Origin: a virus
Taxonomy: Duplodnaviria; Caudoviricetes
Length of the DNA stretch: 28,592 nt
IMG/VR virus record: IMGVR_UViG_3300025467_000059
Coordinates: 1-28,592 of that record
Direction: 5' to 3' (one strand)
Shown here one piece after another: positions 1 through 9,103 of the stretch. The notes beneath the pieces are model-generated. The model was not told the origin of the DNA. It searched no databases and worked only from the letters and a program-made list of their open reading frames with translations. Made by a program: the position numbers and the translations under genes. Each line of letters opens with the position of its first letter. The first letter of the stretch is position 1.

Positions 1-218
1 TTCTGATATACCGTTTGCTGCGGAGCCTGAGCCTGCCCTGAACGCATCTGCTGCTGGTAGTTCGTAGCCATAGCCAAAGCGGTAGCTTCCGGGCTTTGCG
101 GGTTCTGTTGAACCGCCTGTGATACCTGAGCCAACTGCTGCGGCGAGGCGCTCTTCAGGAAGTCAAAGATTGACGTAACCTGCTGGTTGTAAGAGTCGTC
201 CGTAATTGCTGCGGTCAT
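1..218 (-). CDS. Partial Gln/Ala-rich putative internal virion (ejection) protein, runs off the left end
   Basis: Not in the ORF track. ATG at 218 overlaps the upstream TAA (TAATG). Open frame MTAAITDDSYNQQVTSIFDFLKSASPQQLAQVSQAVQQNPQ... continues to base 1. Confidence 0.75.
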   Translation of the reverse strand, partial: MTAAITDDSYNQQVTSIFDFLKSASPQQLAQVSQAVQQNPQSPEATALAMATNYQQQMRSGQAQAPQQTVYQ

Positions 219-2155
219 TAGTTCCACCCTTTAGATGCAATGCCTTTCTTCACAGTCTTACCGCCCTTGGCCTTATCCCATTCCTTATGCGCTTCGACCT
301 CACCGCCATGCGCTTTACCGAACGGAGATGCCGGAGTAGACGTACCGAACGCGGTGTTGGTACCACCCGTAGAAGGCTGAGCATTGATCGCATTCAGCGC
401 ACCGCTATAGAGGCTGCTCGGGAAGTTGATGGCGTTCTGTGCGTTCTGTGTCTGCGTGTTGAGATACTGCTGCCCAAGATTCTGCCAAGCACTTGCACCC
501 TGACCGAGAGCCCCGATGTTGGCGAGGTTAGTGGACGCCTGCGAAGCGCCTAGGGAACCCAGACCCCCAGCTCCTGTTAGCATCTGCCCATAGGCACCGA
601 GATTTTGCTGGTTAGCTTGCAGACCTGCGCTTTGGTTAGCCAATCCGGCTTGCAGAGACGCCTGCTGGTTTGCCAGATTGATCTGATTTTGCGACTGAGC
701 ATTGAACTGCGCTGCAGCATTCTGAGCCACTTGGTTCTGTTGAGCCGCGGTAAGCTGACCACCATAATTGGTTTGTGCTGCCTGCAGAGCTTGAGTGACG
801 TACTGAGACCGCTGAGTATTGAGCGCGTTTTGATTCGCCAGTGCGGTCTGCTGCGCCGCCGACAGATTAGCTTGCCCCGTGGTGAGCCCTGCGGCCTGAT
901 TGAGCTGCTGAGCGGTCATACCCGCCTGCTGATTCGCAAGGTTTGCCTGCATCGCCGCTGAGAGATTTGCCTGACCTGCCTGAAGTCCCTGACCCTGCGC
1001 CGTGTTGAACTGGCCGAGCCCTGTGGTGTAGGCATTCGAGAGCCCTTGTGCCGCGAGGTTCTGATTGGCAATGTTCTGGTTTAACTGTGCGTTCTGTTCA
1101 GCAAGGGTTTCCCTCGCGCCGCCAAAGGCGTGCTGCCCGGTTGCCTGACTGCGAAGCTGGTTCTGCTGTTGCGCAAACTGCCGGTTAGCTAACCCTTGCT
1201 GCGAAGCAATGACGCTTTGAATATAAGGGTCCATGTACTGTTGTACAGTGCCCGGAGCGTTCCAAGACTGAGGTCCCTGCATTTGAGCCGCGCGTGTACG
1301 CACAGCCTGCACATCTTGGGGTTGATTCATCTGGGCGGCTTGCGCCTGCGCCGCATCATAACTTTGCGCGCTGATATCTGCAGGGGCATTCATTAGGGAG
1401 GCTTGATACTGCGCCGCCTGCTCCTGCATAGCTTGCACCTGTTGCGGGGTATAATTGGTCATCCCCTGTAGGCCAGATAGGGCCTGATTATAGGCATTCG
1501 TCGCCTGCCCAAATTGAGACGGTAGTTGCTGCGCCTGTTGAATTTCGCCTACTGCTTGGTTGAACAGCGGGTTGGTTGACTCAAGTGCGCCGGTTTGCGG
1601 GTTTACCCGCGTGAAGGCGGTTTGCCCCATAGACTGATCGAGGAGCCCCTGCTGCGCCGTAGCGGTATTGTCCGTTTGCGTTTGCTGTTGGTTCTGGTAG
1701 TCGGTATACGCCTGACGGGTTTGAGTTAAGTAGTTATAGACGTTCTGGTCACTAGCACTGAGCGGTTTATTTGCGTCTACCCGTTTCTGAAGCTGAGCTA
1801 AATGATTAGCCTGCCCTGAAGAAATGTCTTTAGGTGCCGTAGAGCTACCAGAGGCGAACTTACGCACCCCCATGATGCCGCCTTCAGCAGCTTTTTGTGT
1901 AGGTTGAAAGGACGTACCCGCGCCGCCTGCCGTGGGGTTAAATTGGTTGGAACGCACCACATCCATAGGCGTAACACCCTGAGCGAGCAGGTTGTTATAT
2001 GCGTTCATCATTCCCGCGTTGCTGCGGAGGATATTGGTGACCGGACCCGGATTGTTTTGAGTACCTAGCATAAGCGCTTGGTACGTGGGATTTTGCCACG
2101 GTGATTGATTGACCGTGGTTGTTGAAGTAGTACTTGCTGGTACGCCGCCGCCCAT
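218..2155 (-). CDS. Putative DNA-ejection/pilot internal virion protein (645 aa) with hendecad repeats
   Basis: Q/A/N/G-rich; N-terminal MGGG...STTTV; YMDPY...AFGGARE motif typical of podophage ejection proteins; 11-residue repeats; follows a GNAT-like gene; GAGG RBS. Confidence 0.75.
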   Translation of the reverse strand: MGGGVPASTTSTTTVNQSPWQNPTYQALMLGTQNNPGPVTNILRSNAGMMNAYNNLLAQGVTPMDVVRSNQFNPTAGGAGTSFQPTQKAAEGGIMGVRKFASGSSTAPKDISSGQANHLAQLQKRVDANKPLSASDQNVYNYLTQTRQAYTDYQNQQQTQTDNTATAQQGLLDQSMGQTAFTRVNPQTGALESTNPLFNQAVGEIQQAQQLPSQFGQATNAYNQALSGLQGMTNYTPQQVQAMQEQAAQYQASLMNAPADISAQSYDAAQAQAAQMNQPQDVQAVRTRAAQMQGPQSWNAPGTVQQYMDPYIQSVIASQQGLANRQFAQQQNQLRSQATGQHAFGGARETLAEQNAQLNQNIANQNLAAQGLSNAYTTGLGQFNTAQGQGLQAGQANLSAAMQANLANQQAGMTAQQLNQAAGLTTGQANLSAAQQTALANQNALNTQRSQYVTQALQAAQTNYGGQLTAAQQNQVAQNAAAQFNAQSQNQINLANQQASLQAGLANQSAGLQANQQNLGAYGQMLTGAGGLGSLGASQASTNLANIGALGQGASAWQNLGQQYLNTQTQNAQNAINFPSSLYSGALNAINAQPSTGGTNTAFGTSTPASPFGKAHGGEVEAHKEWDKAKGGKTVKKGIASKGWN

Positions 2156-2165
2156 AATGGCACCT

Positions 2166-2582
2166 CTACAGATCTTTGCCTACGATTGTGTATTTCGGCT
2201 CCATTCCATAGCGCGACCATAGACGAACTATGGATTCTCTTGCTGCGCCTTCCAGATGGGTTGCCCCGTTAGCTTTAATTATAGCCTCAAACTGCGCCCA
2301 GTTTTCTCTACTCGCTATGTGTCGACCACCGATAGCCGCAACAAATGCAACACGCGCATGAGGCCGATTAAAATAAGACACTAAAAGCGCCCCGTGAACT
2401 AAGTTCTGATCATCTACACCGACAATGAGTGACCATTGCCCAAGGGTAGCGTAGACCCGTGCATCATCTACTGTGTAATCGCCATGCGCATAGTGCAAGG
2501 CATCGTCTATAAATCGTTCAACCTGCGGCCAGACTTGGTTTACATACTCCAGCGGAACCTGCTGAACATTAAGCAGCGTCAC
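2166..2582 (-). CDS. GNAT-fold (acetyltransferase-like) phage protein
   Basis: 138 aa with alpha/beta pattern AFVAAIGG...GATHLEGAARESIVRLWSRYG; position just before ejection genes resembles P22 gp14 / T7 gp13. Confidence 0.6.
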   Translation of the reverse strand: MTLLNVQQVPLEYVNQVWPQVERFIDDALHYAHGDYTVDDARVYATLGQWSLIVGVDDQNLVHGALLVSYFNRPHARVAFVAAIGGRHIASRENWAQFEAIIKANGATHLEGAARESIVRLWSRYGMEPKYTIVGKDL

Positions 2583-3087
2583 GCTTCACCGCTCCTAACC
2601 CGTGTCGGCCTACCGCATTGTGTTTCACTTCTTCCATGAGCCTGCGGAGGAATTCCGCGCCCGCCTTAGATGACCCGTTGCCTAGTGCGCTGACTACGTC
2701 CGCCGGGATGATGTACGCGCCATTCTTTAGTGGTACTTGCCCGCCGTGGGCCATACCCGGTGCTTTTTGTTGCCCGATGGAAGCGAGCCCGCTAAGGGGC
2801 GCTGCGGGAGCCGACGTATTGACTTGGCTTGCTGTCATGGCTGGAGAAAGCCCCGGAGCGAGCGTAGGGACATTTGGCGTGGACTTAGGAGGACCTTTCA
2901 TCATTTGACTAGCCCCATAACCTACCGCGCCTACTGTACCTGCGCCTAGTGCACCTGCCGTTAGCGCACCTGCTGTGGTTGCCGCTGCGGTTCCCGCTAC
3001 TCCTGTGCCCGCTGCGACTGTGCCTCCTACTGCCGCCATAACTGATTCAGGCAAAATAGCTACTCCAATAGAAACAACCAAAGTCAT
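2569..3087 (-). CDS. Ala/Gly-rich putative internal virion protein with C-terminal GG-motif domain
   Basis: Hydrophobic Gly/Ala N-half, then GMAHGGQVPLKNGAYIIPADVVSALGNGSSKAG; ATGA overlap with the upstream gene. Confidence 0.75.
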   Translation of the reverse strand: MTLVVSIGVAILPESVMAAVGGTVAAGTGVAGTAAATTAGALTAGALGAGTVGAVGYGASQMMKGPPKSTPNVPTLAPGLSPAMTASQVNTSAPAAPLSGLASIGQQKAPGMAHGGQVPLKNGAYIIPADVVSALGNGSSKAGAEFLRRLMEEVKHNAVGRHGLGAVKRDAA

Positions 3088-3524
3088 GTCACTACTCCCA
3101 GCAATTTAGTGGCTTCGTACTCAGCCATAGTCTCGAATCCCAGCGCGTCCTTAACCTTCTTATCGTCCTGCTCTGCACAGTGATGCACAGTGACCCATTC
3201 GCATTCTTCAAGGACGGCGACCACTCGTTGCGTACCTGCTTTAGTCACCATTACTTCGGGCGCGCGCACGATATGCTCTATGCGATCTTGGTCATAGAAA
3301 GCTATAACCCCCCGTAGCGCCACGGCAATATGATCCGTCTTGTGAACCATCGTGGTAAAAATAGATCCAGCAGGCACCACAATCCGACGAGCGTACAGGT
3401 CAGGAGTATGATAATGGGTAAGAGGAGTATCAACAGGAGCCAGCTCGCCTCGTTCGATAGCGGCGTCAATCGCATGACGAAACTCGTCAATACTAACCTG
3501 CTGCGATTCCTGAACTTCCTGCAT
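3084..3524 (-). CDS. Cupin-like protein
   Basis: HYHTPDLYARRIVVPAGS...VHKTDH...AGTQRV...WVTVH beta-barrel pattern common in phage cupin-like proteins; AGGA RBS. Confidence 0.65.
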   Translation of the reverse strand: MQEVQESQQVSIDEFRHAIDAAIERGELAPVDTPLTHYHTPDLYARRIVVPAGSIFTTMVHKTDHIAVALRGVIAFYDQDRIEHIVRAPEVMVTKAGTQRVVAVLEECEWVTVHHCAEQDDKKVKDALGFETMAEYEATKLLGVVT

Positions 3525-4893
3525 GTCCTTTTCTTACCAAGAGTTTTTCTGCGGCTAGTTTACCTGCACCCTGCTTTATCTGCTCTTTCTTACCGTGCGC
3601 TGCCTGCCGCACCATGGGGAGAAGCTGATCAAGGAGTCGCTTACCCTCTTCAGGATCGCCACCACCAATGAGGCTGACAAGTTCTGGAGGCACAACAAAC
3701 TCACCATCTGCCAGACGTACTTCTTCCTGCCCATCAATGTTGGCAGGAATGTCATCGCTCATTCCATCGCCGGGGCCGTCGAGGAAACCGCCTTTATCGT
3801 AGGTTGAGCCACCTTCAGCGAAGCTCGCCCCGTGCGCGAGAGTGTTAATGACTCCGGTGTTTCCTGCAGCAGCATAAGGCTGCGCGCTCGCGATGCGAGA
3901 CTGAGGGTAAAAATCTTGAGGGCTAAAGGGGTTTGTGTTCATGTACCCGCCAGTAGCGAAACCCTGCCCGCTCAGTTTCTGCTGCACACCCTGTGCGATC
4001 CCCTGTAGGTTCTGTAAAGCGGGGTCGAGATTGTCCTGCACATCAGAGTTTTCAAACTGCGACACATACTTCGGAGGGACAGTGGTGTGTATTGGCACTC
4101 CACCTACCGTACGCGACATTTCGATCGGCCCGCCCGCGGCCTTACCGTAGATTAGATTGCCAAAATAGTCACGCTGCTGGTTAGGGTCGGTAGAAGTGCC
4201 CGCGGTCCCAGAAGGAAGGGGGAAGCCCAGACTCGCGAAGTACTGCCGCTGTTCAGCATCTGCTTTTGCCTGCTGTAGCTTTTGATTACGTAGCTGCGTA
4301 GCGCCTGTGCTGGCTTGCTCCATTGTGCCCTGCGCCGTAGCGCCTAGCATCGTGCCTAACCCTACAGGCTGCATAAGGTATTCCATACCCGGCTTGGTGA
4401 GCATGGCTGAGCCTTGCTGTGCCAGATTAGAGCCGTACTGATCCCATACCGATGGATTGTCTAGTTCTATAGAAGCGCCTGCGGTTTTTTCTGCTGCGCT
4501 AGCGACTGGTCCGCCCGGAATATCAGCAGCGCCAAACCCTCCCATACCCCCACTAATCGCGCCTCCGACAGCGCCGGGACCAAAACCTTTACCCTGTGCA
4601 GAGCTCAATGCTCCACCAGCCAGAGCGCTTGTACCTGCGCCGACAATAGTGCTACCAATAGCCCCAAATGCAGGAGCCGCCGCGCCGCCAGTCAAAGCAC
4701 CCGCAATACCTAAACCTAAAGAGGTCAAGATATCTGTCCAGTTAAAGGCTTCAGGAAGCCCCGTCTTGGGGTTGGTCGTAACAGGACCTAATAGCGCTTC
4801 GAGACCCGCGAGCTCATCTTTCTTTACATGAAGAAGAGTGTCATCCCCATTACGCCCGAGAGCCGCGATGCCTTTAGATGTGGTGTGGTACAT
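3493..4893 (-). CDS. Putative internal virion/ejection protein (466 aa)
   Basis: N-terminal GRNGDDTLLHV...TNPKTGLPEAF motif; Gly/Ala-rich hydrophobic segment; several GG motifs; C-terminal GPGDGMSDDIPA...RLADGEFVVP domain; AGGAG RBS. Confidence 0.75.
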   Translation of the reverse strand: MYHTTSKGIAALGRNGDDTLLHVKKDELAGLEALLGPVTTNPKTGLPEAFNWTDILTSLGLGIAGALTGGAAAPAFGAIGSTIVGAGTSALAGGALSSAQGKGFGPGAVGGAISGGMGGFGAADIPGGPVASAAEKTAGASIELDNPSVWDQYGSNLAQQGSAMLTKPGMEYLMQPVGLGTMLGATAQGTMEQASTGATQLRNQKLQQAKADAEQRQYFASLGFPLPSGTAGTSTDPNQQRDYFGNLIYGKAAGGPIEMSRTVGGVPIHTTVPPKYVSQFENSDVQDNLDPALQNLQGIAQGVQQKLSGQGFATGGYMNTNPFSPQDFYPQSRIASAQPYAAAGNTGVINTLAHGASFAEGGSTYDKGGFLDGPGDGMSDDIPANIDGQEEVRLADGEFVVPPELVSLIGGGDPEEGKRLLDQLLPMVRQAAHGKKEQIKQGAGKLAAEKLLVRKGHAGSSGIAAG

Positions 4894-4901
4894 GCTCGCT
4901 C

Positions 4902-5216
4902 CTACGGAGGCGTTATGTGAAGAATGTTGGTGGCAGGGTCACGCCAGACTTGGTTTTTAGCCAGACCCGTCGCGCTGGTCGGAAGCTCCGCAAGGATGAA
5001 CACATTTTCATCGACCATCTCGGCAGACTGTACGGATAATGCGAGCTTACCCTCTCTATCTGTAATTGTAACAGCAGTGCCGCGGATATCACCGGGGTTT
5101 TGAGTCTGCTGAATCCAGAAATTGAGCAGTCGAACCAAATTGTTCAGATACTGCACGTCATATTCCATCGGCGGCAGTGGGAGGACCGGGGCCGCGGTAC
5201 GGTTAGCATTAGCCAT
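4902..5216 (-). CDS. Hypothetical structural protein (possible tail plug/needle-associated)
   Basis: 104 aa, coupled to the nozzle gene by TAATG; APxLPxPPxEYD N-terminus and LPTSATGL...VWRD C-terminus. Confidence 0.75.
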   Translation of the reverse strand: MANANRTAAPVLPLPPMEYDVQYLNNLVRLLNFWIQQTQNPGDIRGTAVTITDREGKLALSVQSAEMVDENVFILAELPTSATGLAKNQVWRDPATNILHITPP

Positions 5217-7762
5217 TACTTTCTCCCATCCGGCTGCAGCTCAAGACGGGGCGTACCCATCTGCCACTTAACACCAAGGTCCGTACTCTCAACACGGAAC
5301 GAGAGCTGCCTGCCTCTGATACGCACCCAGATCATTTGTGTGTAATCGTAGACCTGCGTGGTGATTTCTTTACCAGCAACAGCGCCTGAAATGTTCTGCG
5401 CCGATGTAGTACCCGCAACGCCTTGACCCGGATAGTTCCGCGCTTTGACTGTCATGGTTACTGACGGTGTGGCGTTCACAGACCCAATGAAGTCCATGTC
5501 AGGAATAATGCGCTTGACGAAGCTGAACTGATAACCGCCTTCTCCGATGTCGAAGTCAGAAGTTTCAATGTAAGCGTCAATCGCCGCCGGAGGGTTTACA
5601 GACCCATCATCACATCCCGTTTCATGCTGCACTGTGATGTTGTTCACCGCGGCGACTGGATTTCCAATGATGTGCGAGTCATACCATGCGGAGCGTTCAA
5701 CAACCCCTAACCCATCCACATCCCAAATGCCGTAGTACCAGAGCTTTTCAAGGTAGTTATAGACGACGTACTTGTCGTTGATAACGGAACCCGCTGATGG
5801 GTAGTGCCACCAGACTTCGTTGTATTTTTCGTTCGTGCCACAGTAGACCAGCTCGAGCTGATCCGCATTGATATCATCAAAGACATACTGACGAAGTGCG
5901 CAAGGCAGTGTATCCACACGCCCAGAGTACGCATAGAACTTGTCTTGGCCCATCCAGTAGGTGATGCCGTTGGTTGATACCGCGGCATTTTGACTGACGA
6001 TCGTGATGTCAACAGAAATTGGATTGAACCCATACACATAAGGCGCGCCCAGATACTGCTGGGAGTAGAGGGCCGTATCCGTGAAGACAAGGATTTCCTG
6101 ACGAGTTTTGACTGCCGCAATGATACGGCTTCCGTAGGTCAGGCGGTATGAGCCTGCCGTGTTCGTCACTGTGGGATACCACACCTGCGGTTGTTCCTGA
6201 TCACACCATGAAATAAACATGGGGTCCTGAGTCAGACTTCCTGAAACGGCGTCGTTGCATCCATAAGAAATTACATGGCGTTCGTCTGTTGTTAGAACGA
6301 TTGCAGACACGACAGGAATTGCAGGATCGTAGACCACACCAGAACCATAGCCTGTAGCAATCGTAGCCGCACAGTTAAAGATATCGCCACCGGCGTAGGT
6401 TACGCCTGTAGTACCCGCCAACGTGTTCCATTGAGTCTGCGTGGTAGACCCCAAAGAGCGAATAGCATAAGTGTTACCTACGACGATGTCACCTAGAGTG
6501 ACGTTAGAAAACGTCGTGCTGGTCATGTTGATACCGCGCCCAGTCACCTGCCCCGCGGCGTTTAAGCTCGTAGCGGCGTTCCAGTAATAAAGACCACCGT
6601 TTCTTGGGTTGAAGAACAGATCCTGACCAAAGTTACTGGCGCTCCAAAGGCGAAGCTCTTCTGCAAACCCCCCTCCGGAATAACCTGTGCCCCAGCCGCG
6701 CGAACCCGCGCTGTAGACAACACCATTAACCCCAATGCCTACCATGTGCCCAGTTGCATTGCCTGAGATACCGCGCGTTACGCCAGTCAGAGTATTGCTG
6801 GTCTTGCCAGAGTACTGAATGATCTCAGACTCGATGATGGCATAGCCGGAAGAAGCAAAGGAAGACGCATCCACGACAGGGATAGTCGTTACGGAAGAGT
6901 TAATGGTGGAAGACAGAGTCGTAGCACCTGCACCCAGAGGAAGCCCTACCCAAACCCCAGAACCCCAACCACTCAAAGTTTCGGTGTAGGGAAGACCCGT
7001 GTAAATCTGATAGGCCGCTGTGACCGTACCGCCGCCATTGGTCGATGAAGTAGACTGCACCCCACAGTCAAAGCAAATGTACGACCCGCCAGCATCTTGA
7101 ATCTGGAATTCTTTATTAAGCTGCGCTGCTGTATACGGACCAAAAGCGGTCGCCCCACTGAACGTAACAAAATCGCCGGGGGTAGCACCATTACCGGGAT
7201 CATTCACCACCATCCAAGAGCTACTAACTACCGCACCTGAAGAATGTGCCGCCGCCGTGGTGCCGTTGTACCCGCGAATACAACCAGAAAGCGTCGTACC
7301 ACCGGCGTAGGAAACGTAAATCTGCTCCGAGCCAATCAGAATGACAAATGGAGAGATAAAGTCGAACGACGTACCTGATGCGACGAAAATGGTCGTATCC
7401 GTAGCACCAATGTTTGAGGCCAGCGTAGAGTAGATAGGATAGAACGGATTGCTGAGACCCGTGTCCGTCTGCCTAATTGGCGTGATATCGAAGTAGGTGT
7501 TACCCGTAAGAATGTAGTATTTGAGATTGGTCCCTACACCCAACAGGTAATAGCCGGACAGCGAAACCCACTCAGCAAAATGTTTGCATGTGCCTACATA
7601 GCTTCCTGAACCATACGGCACCCAACCCCCCAGTTTTTCTGGAAGGCCCGAGCGAAAACGCACTTTGTCGCAGGCGTACCAACCACCTTCACCCGAATAA
7701 GACGTGCCTTCTCTGTTGCATCCAGGGCGGAGCTGGAGGACCTGAAGCTGTTGCTGTGCCAT
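5216..7762 (-). CDS. Tail nozzle / tail tubular protein B-like (DNA stabilization) protein
   Basis: 848 aa; KVRFRSGLPEKLGGW start; beta-propeller-like repeats (WCDQE, YWMG, NEVWWHYPS); RIRGRQ...G.PRLELQPDG.K end; located between fibres and ejection genes. Confidence 0.75.
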   Translation of the reverse strand: MAQQQLQVLQLRPGCNREGTSYSGEGGWYACDKVRFRSGLPEKLGGWVPYGSGSYVGTCKHFAEWVSLSGYYLLGVGTNLKYYILTGNTYFDITPIRQTDTGLSNPFYPIYSTLASNIGATDTTIFVASGTSFDFISPFVILIGSEQIYVSYAGGTTLSGCIRGYNGTTAAAHSSGAVVSSSWMVVNDPGNGATPGDFVTFSGATAFGPYTAAQLNKEFQIQDAGGSYICFDCGVQSTSSTNGGGTVTAAYQIYTGLPYTETLSGWGSGVWVGLPLGAGATTLSSTINSSVTTIPVVDASSFASSGYAIIESEIIQYSGKTSNTLTGVTRGISGNATGHMVGIGVNGVVYSAGSRGWGTGYSGGGFAEELRLWSASNFGQDLFFNPRNGGLYYWNAATSLNAAGQVTGRGINMTSTTFSNVTLGDIVVGNTYAIRSLGSTTQTQWNTLAGTTGVTYAGGDIFNCAATIATGYGSGVVYDPAIPVVSAIVLTTDERHVISYGCNDAVSGSLTQDPMFISWCDQEQPQVWYPTVTNTAGSYRLTYGSRIIAAVKTRQEILVFTDTALYSQQYLGAPYVYGFNPISVDITIVSQNAAVSTNGITYWMGQDKFYAYSGRVDTLPCALRQYVFDDINADQLELVYCGTNEKYNEVWWHYPSAGSVINDKYVVYNYLEKLWYYGIWDVDGLGVVERSAWYDSHIIGNPVAAVNNITVQHETGCDDGSVNPPAAIDAYIETSDFDIGEGGYQFSFVKRIIPDMDFIGSVNATPSVTMTVKARNYPGQGVAGTTSAQNISGAVAGKEITTQVYDYTQMIWVRIRGRQLSFRVESTDLGVKWQMGTPRLELQPDGRK

Positions 7763-7763
7763 A

Positions 7764-7922
7764 TTATTCCCACTTCCCCTCAGGGCATTTGGATTTCTCG
7801 AACTTTACCTTGAGCTTCATGTAGCACCCACACTGGGTACATTGAGCTTGCTCTTTTTTGAAAAATTCGCAAGGTTTGCAGACATCGTAACGAGCTTGGG
7901 CTTTAGGTTTGTCAACGAACAT
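7764..7922 (-). CDS. Small Cys-rich protein, DUF6171-like (52 aa)
   Basis: Below the track cut-off. MFVDKPKAQARYDVCKPCEFFKKEQAQCTQCGCYMKLKVKFEKSKCPEGKWE; TAATG coupling; fills the gap exactly. Confidence 0.8.
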   Translation of the reverse strand: MFVDKPKAQARYDVCKPCEFFKKEQAQCTQCGCYMKLKVKFEKSKCPEGKWE

Positions 7923-8200
7923 TAGCTTACTTCGTAGTCAGGGTAGCCTTCAGGAGCTTCAGGATCGTAGAAGCCATCTCTTTCTGCGTCATAAAAGAAC
8001 CCACGCCGGGCGTATTGATTCCTAAAATTATGGTTTATTGAAGTCTGTTTCCAGTTGGTTTCATGGCTAAAGAGAGACTTGCAGAACTCGATTCCTAGCG
8101 GTTCAGACTCAGGAAAAGGCAGATCATTGAGCACCTCGTTATTCACGACGATGACCATTTTAACCATGCTGTTTTCATCTAACTCTGCGAAATGGGACAT
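7922..8200 (-). CDS. MSHFA-type tail fibre-associated protein (paralog of 12666..13034)
   Basis: MSHFAEL...VIVV...WKQTS.N...FR.QYA..GF.YD...D.FY.P; GAGG RBS. Confidence 0.8.
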   Translation of the reverse strand: MSHFAELDENSMVKMVIVVNNEVLNDLPFPESEPLGIEFCKSLFSHETNWKQTSINHNFRNQYARRGFFYDAERDGFYDPEAPEGYPDYEVS

Positions 8201-8209
8201 ACCTTCCTC

Positions 8210-9103
8210 TTAGAACGTAATTGTGCCGGAGCCGTTGAACGTGTACCAATAGTACCCGCCGGATTGCACAATAGATGGGGAGCCCGTAGTAGGGCACTGG
8301 GGGAATGAATCTGGGGTACGGATGATAACGATACCAGAAGAACCGCCACCACCCGTATTAGGGCCAACACCCGCGCCATTAGCACCAATGTTACAGTTCA
8401 CGCCGGGCCTACAAATAAAAGGTTGTCCACCCGTACCGCCACCATAGTAGATAGCTGATCCTGCATAGTTAAACGAAGACGTAACGCCGTTGCCCCCGGC
8501 ACCCGATCCGTAGGATATGTTAGCCGAACCGCCCGGACTGCCTAGCCCTCCGCCTCCGCCACCTAAAGAGTCCTGATTAGGAAATCCGCCCCAGATACTA
8601 GCGCCGCCGCCGTAGCCATAATACCCAGTACCCGGAGAACACGCCCCAGCTTCATAAGCTACAACAGCCCCAGCACCACATGCTCCGTTACCCGGAGTGG
8701 CGCAATAAGAAGCGTAGTACGAAGGCCCCGTACCGCCCGCTATGGCCGTAGCGCCCCAGCTTATGCTGGAAGACGCACCTGCTCCACCCACAACAACCGT
8801 GTAGGTGCCTGAAAGCGCTGTAGCCTGCGCTCCCGTATTTTGCCCGATCATCTGACCGCCGCCCGCGCCCGCGCTATTCCCACCGCCGCCCATCATAAAA
8901 TAGTAGGCGCTATTTGCTGCGTATTTTTTACCCCAGAAATTGGCGGGCATTGTGATCTGCCCGGACGGAACTTGGGCCAGCGTGCGAACTTTTGAGTCGT
9001 TTAAAGAGACCTGAGTCGTAGCAGTCTGTAGGATCTCAAGATTGATGGACTGCCCGGTGACGGAGCCGCCAAGAGAGATCGGCCCTGAGCTATTCATCGT
9101 CAT
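8210..9103 (-). CDS. Glycine-rich tail fibre/adhesin protein
   Basis: M..NSSGPISL...SLNDSKVRTLA.VPSG.I...FWGK attachment-type N-terminus, then poly-Gly motifs; ends GIVIIR...YTFNGSGTITF. Confidence 0.75.
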   Translation of the reverse strand: MTMNSSGPISLGGSVTGQSINLEILQTATTQVSLNDSKVRTLAQVPSGQITMPANFWGKKYAANSAYYFMMGGGGNSAGAGGGQMIGQNTGAQATALSGTYTVVVGGAGASSSISWGATAIAGGTGPSYYASYCATPGNGACGAGAVVAYEAGACSPGTGYYGYGGGASIWGGFPNQDSLGGGGGGLGSPGGSANISYGSGAGGNGVTSSFNYAGSAIYYGGGTGGQPFICRPGVNCNIGANGAGVGPNTGGGGSSGIVIIRTPDSFPQCPTTGSPSIVQSGGYYWYTFNGSGTITF

